Origin: Haliotis rufescens | Taxonomy: Eukaryota | DNA length: 64,000 nt | Direction of reading: 5' to 3' | Assembly (NCBI RefSeq): GCF_023055435.1 | Contig: NW_025963968.1 | Coordinates: 5,766,001 to 5,830,000, forward strand | Shown here: in pieces, positions 48,881 through 63,894 of the stretch | How positions within the stretch are numbered: the stretch's first letter is position 1 | Layout of the letters: every line of letters begins with the position of its first letter | Translations under genes and position numbers: made by a program | The notes under the pieces: model-generated | Seen by the model: only the letters and a program-made list of their open reading frames with translations | What the model was told of the DNA's origin: nothing | Database searches by the model: none

Positions 48881-51800
48881 ATATATATATAGATATACAT
48901 ATAGATATGCCTATATTTTATTGACATTAGTGATAAATACTTTTCAATTGAAGGATATTCGCAGTTATATATTTATAAACATAATGTGCATATTCTATTT
49001 TCTCTACTTACATTGTGCCATTGAGTTAAGCTTAAACCGAGGTTTTCAGGTAATGATGGTATGGTTCAATGATTTGTAACTATTTAAACATAAATAATAA
49101 TGATAATAATAATAATAATAATAATAATAATTCTATAATACTACACATAATTCATTACACACCATGCATTGCACTTATATAATTACACACCATGCATTAC
49201 ACTTATATAATTACCCACTCTTAATCACACTACCGCACTCTAGTGGGCGGAGCTTATACGAGTGATCTGACAGGTCAATATGACGTCTTGATAACACACG
49301 CATTTCATTGGTTAATGCCTAACGGGAGACGTCATTTAAACACCCACCCACGTGGACCGTTTGACAACAAGGACGTAAGTTTTAAAAGTAATAAATATCT
49401 ATCAAACGATTCCAAGACTTTTCAACAAACGCGTAGGTCTTTGGTTTCAAAACCTTCACACCTTCATAAAATGATAGCGCGGAATGTCCACGATTTATCC
49501 AACGTACTCCAACACAGAACTTATAGATGTTCTCGTTCTGAGCTATATTCTAGATCTCTGGACCCGGTTGTATCAAAGCCTCATTAACTAATCGCTACAT
49601 TAAACCCTAATGATACATTAAATGCTTAATGCACCATTAGTTAATGCATCATTAAAGTTTGATACAACCGGGTCCTGGACGAGAACGAAATACGTTTGTC
49701 GTGATGAATATGAGCAGTGTAATTGAACATAAAACATAATAAGTGTTACGGCATCAATCGTTATCCTGTGGTGTACGGTATATATGCAGTTTATAAATAA
49801 CATTTCTCACAATATATACGGCAATCGGTGATTTCAACAGTGTTTTTCTTCGTTGTGTTCGTCTTGCCGCATCTGGAATCTGGATGACAATGATCGTGTA
49901 AAAAACCCTGGTAATGGTAAAAAATATTTTCAAAGTAGTTTTTTGTCGTTTCCGTGACATTTTTTTATTGCCCAGTAGCAATGTATTTTGGTCAAAGTCA
50001 CACTTGTCCGATGAAGCGCCTCATGCCGAAGTAACTCGATCCGTGAAACTTGGCGGATCTCAGTGACCCAGATCCCTCTTGATTGGCATGCCAAGTGGCA
50101 TTTGCATAAGGCCATCCATATTTTTTGTATGTGTTTCTCCCCTCAAGCCTCAACTAACCAGAGAGCGGGTGGACGAAATAAAATATATTACTTATCAAAA
50201 AATGTCTTATTTTAAGTTATTTTAAGACATTTAAAAAAAAGGTTTAACACTTCGTACTAGAATCTAGTCTATGAATTAATTTTTGATGTAGATCGATTCG
50301 CTTTGCTTCGGAAACGAATTTTGAATAAACAACGGAACAAAGATAAAGTTGACCTGGTTCTTTTATGACGGTGCAATGGTAGATCTAGTAGTATTTCTTT
50401 TATTAGATCGGTGCGCAATTTTCCACAGCGGCAGCAAAATTGAGACACGAAGACATTATATTATTTCACGTCGGAATGGAGATAAAAATATTTTAAAAAA
50501 TACGGACAGCCTCACAGACTTCGAAATGATGTTCAGATAAATGTTGACTGTTGAATGCAAATGACCAAAACTAAACAAATATCTGTAATTTTCGGATTAA
50601 ACTGATAGAATCGCTATGTCAATTTCGTATTTAAGTATCGTTACTGTTACATGAACCGAAACTGATGTTCTGCTGCAGTTCTGCCGTAAAAATATACAAC
50701 ACAATACACTTTGACCACAAATGCATTCATTTTTTAATGTGTCACATGTATACATGACCATGTGCTTTGCTATTTATAGCGCAACCGTAAATAAGCTCCG
50801 CCCACTGTGATTGATGCAGACGCCAAACACGATCGATTCGATTTTTTATGATAAAACTACAGAAAATTTATTGACTTATATCTTGATATGGATCCATTTT
50901 TGGGATCCATGGTTTGTCATTCAAGTTAATACGAAGTTTGACGGTCAATGGTGATCTGGTTCCCGTATGGTTTTCAAAAGACTTCTCCCGACACTCGGTT
51001 GTGTTTACATTGTCAGTCATTGTTCGAAACTGAAACACCGCCACCTTGCGGGCTATTTATAGTCAGGGTGGGGCTTTAAACACTTTTCCATAAGTATGAA
51101 AGTGACCATTTCAAGTTGGAAATCTTATAAAATTACATTCAGGAATCATTCATCAGCTGTATAGGATGTCAACATTAAAGCAATTCATTTTTTCATCTTG
51201 TCACGGGTTGTTCTAGGCAAAACTATAGTTTTACACACTGTGCATTCCTTAAAATCTTTGTATGACAGGCATTCGTGTTAGTCACTGTCAATGAATATGT
51301 AATTGTAGTTAAATCTATTGATGAACCTGTAATTGTTTTTGTCTAAATCCTGCCTCGGGATATTTTCATCTCGTTGATGGGTACAAGGAGGCTTGATTTA
51401 TGATGGACGTCTTGTTATATGTAAGAACATAGTAGCATTTCATACTTACATCACAAACGAATTTGACTGTCCAACCAATACAGGCATGGTATTGTCAGGG
51501 TAAGTTGCATGACAGTGACCACTGTGACGTCACTGTGTCACGATGCTCCCTGAAGGATGTCCGGCTGGCGTATAAAAGTATTCCTCATTTCTCTGGACAC
51601 CATCATTCTCCAATTGTAGCCACAGAGCAGCAGCAACAGGTGAGCCAACTGTTTGTTATATTTTCTTTTCAATTTATCTTTTCTTGTAAACCGACTGTGG
51701 AGTCTAATATCGCTTGTATACTTGATGTATTCACGTGTCATGTTCTTCAGCATCCTTATATTATTGTGTATTAAGTACCTTTCCGTTAGAGATCGCCCCT

Positions 51801-52699
51801 TGGAAACAGCGGAAGGTCCGGGCTTCGATCCTTGGCCACGTCAAACCAAAATACACAAAAAAGATGATACTTGTTGTTACCCTGTCTGGCGCTCGGCATT
51901 AAGGGGCTAAAGCAAGGAGTGGTCGGCTCAGAGTCAGTATACTGTGTCTGAGTGTGGTATTCATGTCAAGGGACGACCGGGTAGCCTGGTGGTTAAAGCT
52001 CATAAGAAATATCCATTGTGCGATTCAGACTACATCATAGGCATATCTTTATGGATCACTATCAGAAGTGATGATACCAGGTGTTCGCCCTAGGATTTGC
52101 AGGGGCGGTCGGGTAGCCCAGTGGTTAAAACGTTCGCTCGTCACGCCGAAGGCCCGGGTTCGATTTCCGACATGGGTACAATGTGTGAATCCCATTTCTG
52201 ATGTTCCCCGCCGTGATATTGCTGGAATATTGCTAAAAGCGGCGTAAAACCATACTCACTCACTCACTATTCATGTTAAACTGCGGCAGTGCCAGTGGGC
52301 TAGCACTATAAAATCGGCATTAGTCCGGACTAGTACAAGCAAACACACACAAACACACACGTGCATACATGTCACTATATGAGTGCAATAATTTTGAAAG
52401 CGTCATTAAACCCCATTTTACCTCACCACCTGTTCGGGAGATGTAAATATATGTGTGCGAATGTGTCATTTGTTAGCTTTCATAAAATCTCAGTCAGTCA
52501 ATGTAAATGGTAAACTCTGAACCAAAGCAAATATAATAGTCGCCTAACCATAACTACACTTCAACGTGTGTTGTCATTATGTTTGTTGATATAACTTGCA
52601 TTAAATATTACTTTTCAATATGCTATATCATCTTGCATTGAACATTATTGTTCGTTATACATTCACTTTTACAGAACAGAAATTACAACCACCCGAATC

Positions 52700-53559
52700 A
52701 TGAGGACGGCTATAATTCTACCTGCTGCCATCCTGGCCTGTTTGTGTGTCATAAGTGATGCCCGTTACATTCGTAAGTATTGAAGTCAATCGCATCGTCA
52801 TACTCACTACCCGGAGCAAAAAAATATGAAATTTATTGATGTCCCTCTGAGTCGTTTAACTACTCATTACCTCTAGCAAATATTGGGTATTCTTCCTTAT
52901 TCCTGACTGTTGACCTCCTATCATCAGTGTGTTTTAACAATGATTCGTTGATGGAAATCGTTATGATTTTATTGTCTCCATCCTTCTGGACTTTCATGGG
53001 CCATACACACTATCATGCATACCTCTGAGGAACTGACGGCAGAGGACCAATATAGTTGTTAAACCGTTGGCTGTTCAATCTCAAAACTTTGTTTCCGACA
53101 TTGAAACAATGTGGGACACCCTTTCTTTTGTGATCGTAGAAGTCATGTTGCCGAAAACGCCATACTCACTCACTCTAATACCTAGGCGATTTAATTCCAG
53201 GTGCCTCAGGATTGCAAGTGCAGCCCAGGACTGTCAAAGGGTATGCCAACCAACAACCCAGGGTGATTATCATCAACCAAGACAAACCTAGGCAGGCTGC
53301 ACGGGTACCTACTGCTGCACGATCTGGATACGCACCACGACACGGCAACGGATACAACAACTTCCTCAACGACTACCTCCTTGCTGATGCCCTTGATATC
53401 AACCATCCCGGTCTATTGCACGGCTTCAACCAGATTGCCTCCCCTTACGCCCCCTCCGCCCGTACAGGTAGAAACAGCTACGACCCTCTCTACGCTGCGC
53501 TCATCTTGGACCAGCTTGACGCTCAGCCAATTGGAGCCAGCTCCGCCATCGTTGGTTAG
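52700..53559 (+). CDS. Gene C4, 143 aa, join(52700..52772,53201..53559)
   Basis: Same structure; carries the QDKP variant. Confidence 0.9.
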
Positions 53560-53994
53560 ATGATGTGCTTTCAACGAAAAATGTTTTCTCGGAGTGACAT
53601 GAGACGGATTTTTTTTAGTTTTGAGTTTTTGAGATTATGCTTTTGTGTCATGGTTTCTGTCTAATGAAATAAAATGTTTAATTGATTACCTTGCATTCAT
53701 TGTTATCGATTGTTCCACCACACTCACTGTATCGGTATGGTCTTGAATGTATGTATACATATGTATATTTATATGGCACTACTTGTAAATGGGGTGAGAA
53801 TATTAAAGAGAATTTCATCGCACCGAACACATCATACGAACATACACTACACACTATGAATCACACAGCACATTACACATTATACATTATACATTAAGGT
53901 CATACACTACAAGTTAAGTCAAAGCACGTGATGCAGGGAAGACATATGTACATATGCTCACACTTATAGACATAGATATGTTCAGTGCATTGGT

Positions 53995-54051
<57 letters not shown>

Positions 54052-54266
54052 TATACATATACATATAGATATGCCTATATTTTATTGACATTAGTGATAA
54101 ATACTTTTCAATTGAAGGATATTCGCAGTTATATATTTATAAACATAATGTGCATATTCTATTTTCTCTACTTACATTGTGCCATTGAGTTAAGCTTAAA
54201 CCGAGGTTTTCAGGTAATGATGGTATGGTTCAATGATTTGTAACTATTTAAACATAAATAATAATG

Positions 54267-54298
<32 letters not shown>

Positions 54299-57200
54299 TC
54301 TATAATACTACACATAATTCATTACACACCATGCATTGCACTTATATAATTACACACCATGCATTACACTTATATAATTACCCACTCTTAATCACACTAC
54401 CGCACTCTAGTGGGCGGAGCTTATACGAGTGATCTGACAGGTCAATATGACGTCTTGATAACACACGCATTTCATTGGTTAATGCCTAACGGGTGACGTC
54501 ATTTAAACACCCACCCACGTGGACCGTTTGACAACAAGGACGTAAGTTTTAAAAGTAATAAATATCTATCAAACGATTCCAAGACTTTTCAACAAACGCG
54601 TAGGTCTTTGGTTTCAAAACCTTCACACCTTCATAAAATGATAGCGCGGAATGTCCACGATTTATCCAACGTACTCCAACACAGAACTTATAGATGTTCT
54701 CGTTCTGAGCTATATTCTAGATCTCTGGACCCGGTTGTATCAAAGCCTCATTAACTAATCGCTACATTAAACCCTAATGATACATTAAATGCTTAATGCA
54801 CCATTAGTTAATGCATCATTAAAGTTTGATACAACCGGGTCCTGGACGAGAACGAAATACGTTTGTCGTGATGAATATGAGCAGTGTAATTGAACATAAA
54901 ACATAATAAGTGTTACGGCATCAATCGTTATCCTGTGGTGTACGGTATATATGCAGTTTATAAATAACATTTCTCACAATATATACGGCAATCGGTGATT
55001 TCAACAGTGTTTTTCTTCGTTGTGTTCGTCTTGCCGCATCTAGAATCTGGATGACAATGATCGTGTAAAAAACCCTGGTAATGGTAAAAAATATTTTCAA
55101 AGTAGTTTTTTGTCGTTTCCGTGACATTTTTTTATTGCCCAGTAGCAATGTATTTTGGTCAAAGTCACACTTGTCCGATGAAGCGCCTCATGCCGAAGTA
55201 ACTCGATCCGTGAAACTTGGCGGATCTCAGTGACCCAGATCCCTCTTGATTGGCATGCCAAGTGGCATTTGCATAAGGCCATCCATATTTTTTGTATGTG
55301 TTTCTCCCCTCAAGCCTCAACTAACCAGAGAGCGGGTGGACGAAATAAAATATATTACTTATCAAAAAATGTCTTATTTTAAGTTATTTTAAGACATTTA
55401 AAAAAAAGGTTTAACACTTCGTACTAGAATCTAGTCTATGAATTAATTTATGATGTAGATCGATTCGCTTTGCTTCGGAAACGAATTTTGAATAAACAAC
55501 GGAACAAAGATAAAGTTGACCTGGTTCTTTTATGACGGTGCAATGGTAGATCTAGTAGTATTTCTTTTATTAGATCGGTGCGCAATTTTCCACAGCGGCA
55601 GCAAAATTGAGACACGAAGACATTATATTATTTCACGTCGGAATGGAGATAAAAATATTTTAAAAAATACGGACAGCCTCACAGACTTCGAAATGATGTT
55701 CAGATAAATGTTGACTGTTGAATGCAAATGACCAAAACTAAACAAATATCTGTAATTTTCGGATTGAACTGATAGAATCGCTATGTCAATTTCGTATTTA
55801 AGTATCGTTACTGTTACATGAACCGAAACTGATGTTCTGCTGCTGTTCTGCCGTAAAAATATACAACACAATACACTTTGACCACAAATGCATTCATTTT
55901 TTAATGTGTCACATGTATACATGACCATGTGCTTTGCTATTTATAGCGCAACCGTAAATAAGCTCCGCCCACTGTGATTGATGCAGACGCCAAACACGAT
56001 CGATTCGATTTTTTATGATAAAACTACAGAAAATTTATTGACTTATATCTTGATATGGATCCATTTTTGGGATCCATGGTTTGTCATTCAAGTTGATACG
56101 AAGTTTGACGGTCAATGGTGATCTGGTTCCCGTATGGTTTTCAAAAGACTTCTCCCGACACTCGGTTGTGTTTACATTGTCAGTCATTGTTCGAAACTGA
56201 AACACCGCCACCTTGCGGGCTATTTATAGTCAGGGTGGGGCTTTAAACACTTTTCCATAAGTATGAAAGTGACCATTTCAAGTTGGAAATCTTATAAAAT
56301 TACATTCAGGAATCATTCATCAGCTGTATAGGATGTCAACATTAAAGCAATTCATTTTTTCATCTTGTCACGGGTTGTTCTAGGCAAAACTATAGTTTTA
56401 CACACTGTGCATTCCTTAAAATCTTTGTATGACAGGCATTCGTGTTAGTCACTGTCAATGAATATGTAATTGTAGTTAAATCTATTGATGAACCTGTAAT
56501 TGTTTTTGTCTAAATCCTGCCTCGGGATATTTTCATCTCGTTGATGGGTACAAGGAGGCTTGATTTATGATGGACGTCTTGTTATATGTAAGAACATAGT
56601 AGCATTTCATACTTACATCACAAACGAATTTGACTGTCCAACCAATACAGGCATGGTATTGTCAGGGTAAGTTGCATGACAGTGACCACTGTGACGTCAC
56701 TGTGTCACGATGCTCCCTGAAGGATGTCCGGCTGGCGTATAAAAGTATTCCTCATTTCTCTGGACACCATCATTCTCCAATTGTAGCCACAGAGCAGCAG
56801 CAACAGGTGAGCCAACTGTTTGTTATATTTTCTTTTCAATTTATCTTTTCTTGTAAACCGACTGTGGAGTCTAATATCGCTTGTATACTTGATGTATTCA
56901 CGTGTCATGTTCTTCAGCATCCTTATATTATTGTGTATTAAGTACCTTTCCGTTAGAGATCGCCCCTTGGAAACAGCGGAAGGTCCGGGCTTCGATCCTT
57001 GGCCACGTCAAACCAAAATACACAAAAAAGATGATACTTGTTGTTACCCTGTCTGGCGCTCGGCATTAAGGGGCTAAAGCAAGGAGTGGTCGGCTCAGAG
57101 TCAGTATACTGTGTCTGAGTGTGGTATTCATGTCAAGGGACGACCGGGTAGCCTGGTGGTTAAAGCTCATAAGAAATATCCATTGTGCGATTCAGACTAC

Positions 57201-57866
57201 ATCATAGGCATATCTTTATGGATCACTATCAGAAGTGATGATACCAGGTGTTCGCCCTAGGATTTGCAGGGGCGGTCGGGTAGCCCAGTGGTTAAAACGT
57301 TCGCTCGTCACGCCGAAGGCCCGGGTTCGATTTCCGACATGGGTACAATGTGTGAATCCCATTTCTGATGTTCCCCGCCGTGATATTGCTGGAATATTGC
57401 TAAAAGCGGCGTAAAACCATACTCACTCACTCACTATTCATGTTAAACTGCGGCAATGCCAGTGGGCTAGCACTATAAAATCGGCATTAGTCCGGACTAG
57501 TACAAGCAAACACACACAAACACACACGTGCATACATGTCACTATATGAGTGCAATAATTTTGAAAGCGTCATTAAACCCCATTTTACCTCACCACCTGT
57601 TCGGGAGATGTAAATATATGTGTGCGAATGTGTCATTTGTTAGCTTTCATAAAATCTCAGTCAGTCAATGTAAATGGTAAACTCTGAACCAAAGCAAATA
57701 TAATAGTCGCCTAACCATAACTACACTTCAACGTGTGTTGTCATTATGTTTGTTGATATAACTTGCATTAAATATTACTTTTCAATATACTATATCATCT
57801 TGCATTGAACATTATTGTTCGTTATACATTCACTTTTACAGAACAGAAATTACAACCACCCGAATC

Positions 57867-58726
57867 ATGAGGACGGCTATAATTCTACCTGCTGCCATCC
57901 TGGCCTGTTTGTGTGTCATAAGTGATGCCCGTTACATTCGTAAGTATTGAAGTCAATCGCATCGTCATACTCACTACCCGGAGCAAAAAAATATGAAATT
58001 TATTGATGTCCCTCTGAGTCGTTTAACTACTCATTACCTCTAGCAAATATTGGGTATTCTTCCTTATTCCTGACTGTTGACCTCCTATCATCAGTGTGTT
58101 TTAACAATGATTCGTTGATGGAAATCGTTATGATTTTATTGTCTCCATCCTTCTGGACTTTCATGGGCCATACACACTATCATGCATACCTCTGAGGAAC
58201 TGACGGCAGAGGACCAATATAGTTGTTAAACCGTTGGCTGTTCAATCTCAAAACTTTGTTTCCGACATTGAAACAATGTGGGACACCCTTTCTTTTGTGA
58301 TCGTAGAAGTCATGTTGCCGAAAACGCCATACTCACTCACTCTAATACCTAGGCGATTTAATTCCAGGTGCCTCAGGATTGCAAGTGCAGCCCAGGACTG
58401 TCAAAGGGTATGCCAACCAACAACCCAGGGTGATTATCATCAACCAAGACAAACCTAGGCAGGCTGCACGGGTACCTACTGCTGCACGATCTGGATACGC
58501 ACCACGACACGGCAACGGATACAACAACTTCCTCAACGACTACCTCCTTGCTGATGCCCTTGATATCAACCATCCCGGTCTATTGCACGGCTTCAACCAG
58601 ATTGCCTCCCCTTACGCCCCCTCCGCCCGTACAGGTAGAAACAGCTACGACCCTCTCTACGCTGCGCTCATCTTGGACCAGCTTGACGCTCAGCCAATTG
58701 GAGCCAGCTCCGCCATCGTTGGTTAG
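57867..58726 (+). CDS. Gene C5, 143 aa, join(57867..57939,58368..58726)
   Basis: Same structure; carries the QDKP variant. Confidence 0.9.
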
Positions 58727-59161
58727 ATGATGTGCTTTTAACGAAAAATGTTTTCTCGGAGTGACATGAGACGGATTTTTTTTAGTTTTGAGTTTTTGAG
58801 ATTATGCTTTTGTGTCATGGTTTCTGTCTAATGAAATAAAATGTTTAATTGATTACCTTGCATTCATTGTTATCGATTGTTCCACCACACTCACTGTATC
58901 GGTATGGTCTTGAATGTATGTATACATATGTATATTTATATGGCACTACTTGTAAATGGGGTGAGAATATTAAAGAGAATTTCATCGCACCGAACACATC
59001 ATACGAACATACACTACACACTATGAATCACACAGCACATTACACATTATACATTATACATTAAGGTCATACACTACAAGTTAAGTCAAAGCACGTGATG
59101 CAGGGAAGACATATGTACATATGCTCACACTTATAGACATAGATATGTTCAGTGCATTGGT

Positions 59162-59216
<55 letters not shown>

Positions 59217-59425
59217 TATACATATAGATATGCCTATATTTTATTGACATTAGTGATAAATACTTTTCAATTGAAGGATATTCGCAGTTATATATTTATA
59301 AACATAATGTGCATATTCTATTTTCTCTACTTACATTGTGCCATTGAGTTAAGCTTAAACCGAGGTTTTCAGGTAATGATGGTATGGTTCAATGATTTGT
59401 AACTATTTAAACATAAATAATAATG

Positions 59426-59466
<41 letters not shown>

Positions 59467-62400
59467 TCTATAATACTACACATAATTCATTACACACCAT
59501 GCATTGCACTTATATAATTACACACCATGCATTACACTTATATAATTACCCACTCTTAATCACACTACCGCACTCTAGTGGGCGGAGCTTATACGAGTGA
59601 TCTGGCAGGTCAATATGACGTCTTGATAACACACGCATTTCATTGGTTAATGCCTAACGGGTGACGTCATTTAAACACCCACCCACGTGGACCGTTTGAC
59701 AACAAGGACGTAAGTTTTAAAAGTAATAAATATCTATCAAACGATTCCAAGACTTTTCAACAAACGCGTAGGTCTTTGGTTTCAAAACCTTCACACCTTC
59801 ATAAAATGATAGCGCGGAATGTCCACGATTTATCCAACGTACTCCAACACAGAACTTATAGATGTTCTCGTTCTGAGCTATATTCTAGATCTCTGGACCC
59901 GGTTGTATCAAAGCCTCATTAACTAATCGCTACATTAAACCCTAATGATACATTAAATGCTTAATGCACCATTAGTTAATGCATCATTAAAGTTTGATAC
60001 AACCGGGTCCTGGACGAGAACGAAATACGTTTGTCGTGATGAATATGAGCAGTGTAATTGAACATAAAACATAATAAGTGTTACGGCATCAATCGTTATC
60101 CTGTGGTGTACGGTATATATGCAGTTTATAAATAACATTTCTCACAATATATACGGCAATCGGTGATTTCAACAGTGTTTTTCTTCGTTGTGTTCGTCTT
60201 GCCGCATCTAGAATCTGGATGACAATGATCGTGTAAAAAACCCTGGTAATGGTAAAAAATATTTTCAAAGTAGTTTTTTGTCGTTTCCGTGACATTTTTT
60301 TATTGCCCAGTAGCAATGTATTTTGGTCAAAGTCACACTTGTCCGATGAAGCGCCTCATGCCGAAGTAACTCGATCCGTGAAACTTGGCGGATCTCAGTG
60401 ACCCAGATCCCTCTTGATTGGCATGCCAAGTGGCATTTGCATAAGGCCATCCATATTTTTTGTATGTGTTTCTCCCCTCAAGCCTCAACTAACCAGAGAG
60501 CGGGTGGACGAAATAAAATATATTACTTATCAAAAAATGTCTTATTTTAAGTTATTTTAAGACATTTAAAAAAAAGGTTTAACACTTCGTACTAGAATCT
60601 AGTCTATGAATTAATTTATGATGTAGATCGATTCGCTTTGCTTCGGAAACGAATTTTGAATAAACAACGGAACAAAGATAAAGTTGACCTGGTTCTTTTA
60701 TGACGGTGCAATGGTAGATCTAGTAGTATTTCTTTTATTAGATCGGTGCGCAATTTTCCACAGCGGCAGCAAAATTGAGACACGAAGACATTATATTATT
60801 TCACGTCGGAATGGAGATAAAAATATTTTAAAAAATACGGACAGCCTCACAGACTTCGAAATGATGTTCAGATAAATGTTGACTGTTGAATGCAAATGAC
60901 CAAAACTAAACAAATATCTGTAATTTTCGGATTGAACTGATAGAATCGCTATGTCAATTTCGTATTTAAGTATCGTTACTGTTACATTAACCGAAACTGA
61001 TGTTCTGCTGCTGTTCTGCCGTAAAAATATACAACACAATACACTTTGACCACAAATGCATTCATTTTTTAATGTGTCACATGTATACATGACCATGTGC
61101 TTTGCTATTTATAGCGCAACCGTAAATAAGCTCCGCCCACTGTGATTGATGCAGACGCCAAACACGATCGATTCGATTTTTTATGATAAAACTACAGAAA
61201 ATTTATTGACTTATATCTTGATATGGATCCATTTTTGGGATCCATGGTTTGTCATTCAAGTTGATACGAAGTTTGACGGTCAATGGTGATCTGGTTCCCG
61301 TATGGTTTTCAAAAGACTTCTCCCGACACTCGGTTGTGTTTACATTGTCAGTCATTGTTCGAAACTGAAACACCGCCACCTTGCGGGCTATTTATAGTCA
61401 GGGTGGGGCTTTAAACACTTTTCCATAAGTATGAAAGTGACCATTTCAAGTTGGAAATCTTATAAAATTACATTCAGGAATCATTCATCAGCTGTATAGG
61501 ATGTCAACATTAAAGCAATTCATTTTTTCATCTTGTCACGGGTTGTTCTAGGCAAAACTATAGTTTTACACACTGTGCATTCCTTAAAATCTTTGTATGA
61601 CAGGCATTCGTGTTAGTCACTGTCAATGAATATGTAATTGTTGTTAAATCTATTGATGAACCTGTAATTGTTTTTGTCTAAATTCTGCCTCGGGATATTT
61701 TCATCTCGTTGATGGGTACAAGGAGGCTTGATTTATGATGGACGTCTTGTTATATGTAAGAACATAGTAGCATTTCATACTTACATCACAAACGAATTTG
61801 ACTGTCCAACCAATACAGGCATGGTATTGTCAGGGTAAGTTGCATGACAGTGACCACTGTGACGTCACTGTGTCACGATGCTCCCTGAAGGATGTCCGGC
61901 TGGCGTATAAAAGTATTCCTCATTTCTCTGGACACCATCATTCTCCAATTGTAGCCACAGAGCAGCAGCAACAGGTGAGCCAACTGTTTGTTATATTTTC
62001 TTTTCAATTTATCTTTTCTTGTAAACCGACTGTGGAGTCTAATATCGCTTGTATACTTGATGTATTCACGTGTCATGTTCTTCAGCATCCTTATATTATT
62101 GTGTATTAAGTACCTTTCCGTTAGAGATCGCCCCTTGGAAACAGCGGAAGGTCCGGGCTTCGATCCTTGGCCACGTCAAACCAAAATACACAAAAAAGAT
62201 GATACTTGTTGTTACCCTGTCTGGCGCTCGGCATTAAGGGGCTAAAGCAAGGACTGGTCGGCTCAGAGTCAGTATAATGTGTCTGAGTGTGGTATTCATG
62301 TCAAGGGACGACCGGGTAGCCTGGTGGTTAAAGCTCATAAGAAATATCCATTGTGCGATTCAGACTACATCATAGGCATATCTTTATGGATCACTATCAG

Positions 62401-63034
62401 AAGTGATGATACCAGGTGTTCGCCCTAGGATGTGCAGGGGCGGTCGGGTAGCCCAGTGGTTAAAACGTTCGCTCGTCACGCCGAAGGCCCGGGTTCGATT
62501 TCCGACATGGGTACAATGTGTGAATCCCATTTCTGATGTTCCCCGCCGTGATATTGCTGGAATATTGCTAAAAGCGGCGTAAAACCATATTCACTCACTC
62601 ACTATTCATGTTAAACTGCGGCAATGCCAGTGGGCTAGCACTATAAAATCGGCATTAGTCCGGACTAGTACAAGCAAATACACAGAAACACACACGTGCA
62701 TACATGTCACTATATGAGTGCAATAATTTTGAAAGCGACATTAAACCCCATTTTACCTCACCACCTGTTCGGGAGATGTAAATATCTGTGTGCGAATGTG
62801 TCATTTGTTAGCTTTCATAAAATCTCAGTCAGTCAATGTAAATAGTAAACTCTGAACCAAAGCAAATATAATAGTCGCCTAACCATAACTACACCTCAAC
62901 GTGTGTTGTCATTATGTTTGTTGATATAACTTGCATTAAATATTACTTTTCAATATACTATATCATCTTGCATTTAACATTAATGTTCGTTATACATTCA
63001 CTTTTACAGAACAGAAATTACAACCACCCGAATC

Positions 63035-63894
63035 ATGAGGACGGCTATAATTCTACCTGCTGCCATCCTGGCCTGTTTGTGTGTCATAAGTGATGCCCGT
63101 TACATTCGTAAGTATTGAAGTCAATCGCATCGTCATACTCATTACCCGGAGCAAAAAAATATGAAATTTATTGATGTCCCTCTGAGTCGTTTAACTACTC
63201 ATTACCTCTAGCAAATATTGGGTATTCTTCCTTATTCCTGACTGTTGACCTCCTATCATCAGTGTGTTTTAACAATGATTCGTTGATGGAAATCGTTATG
63301 ATTTTATTGTCTCCATCCTTCTGGACTTTCATGGGCCATACACACTATCATGCATACCTCTGAGGAACTGACGGCAGAGGACCAATATAGCTGTTAAACC
63401 GTTGGCTGTTCAATCTCAAAACTTTGTTTCCGACATTGAAACAATGTGGGACACCCTTTCTTTTGTGATCGTAGAAGTCATGTTGCCGAAAACGCCATAC
63501 TCACTCACTCTAATACCTAGGCGATTTAATTCCAGGTGCCTCAGGATTGCAAGTGCAGCCCAGGACTGTCAAAGGGTATGCCAACCAACAACCAAGGGTG
63601 ATTATCATCAACCAAGACAAACCTAGGCAGGCTGCACGGGTACCTACTGCTGCACGATCTGGATACGCACCACGACACGGCAACGGATACAACAACTTCC
63701 TCAACGACTACCTCCTTGCTGATGCCCTTGATATCAACCATCCCGGTCTATTGCACGGCTTCAACCAGATTGCCTCCCCTTACGCCCCCTCCGCCCGTAC
63801 AGGTAGAAACAGCTACGACCCTCTCTACGCTGCGCTCATCTTGGACCAGCTTGACGCTCAGCCAATTGGAGCCAGCTCCGCCATCGTTGGTTAG
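63035..63894 (+). CDS. Gene C6, 143 aa, join(63035..63107,63536..63894)
   Basis: Same structure, QDKP variant. The 3' UTR is cut by the window end. Confidence 0.9.
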
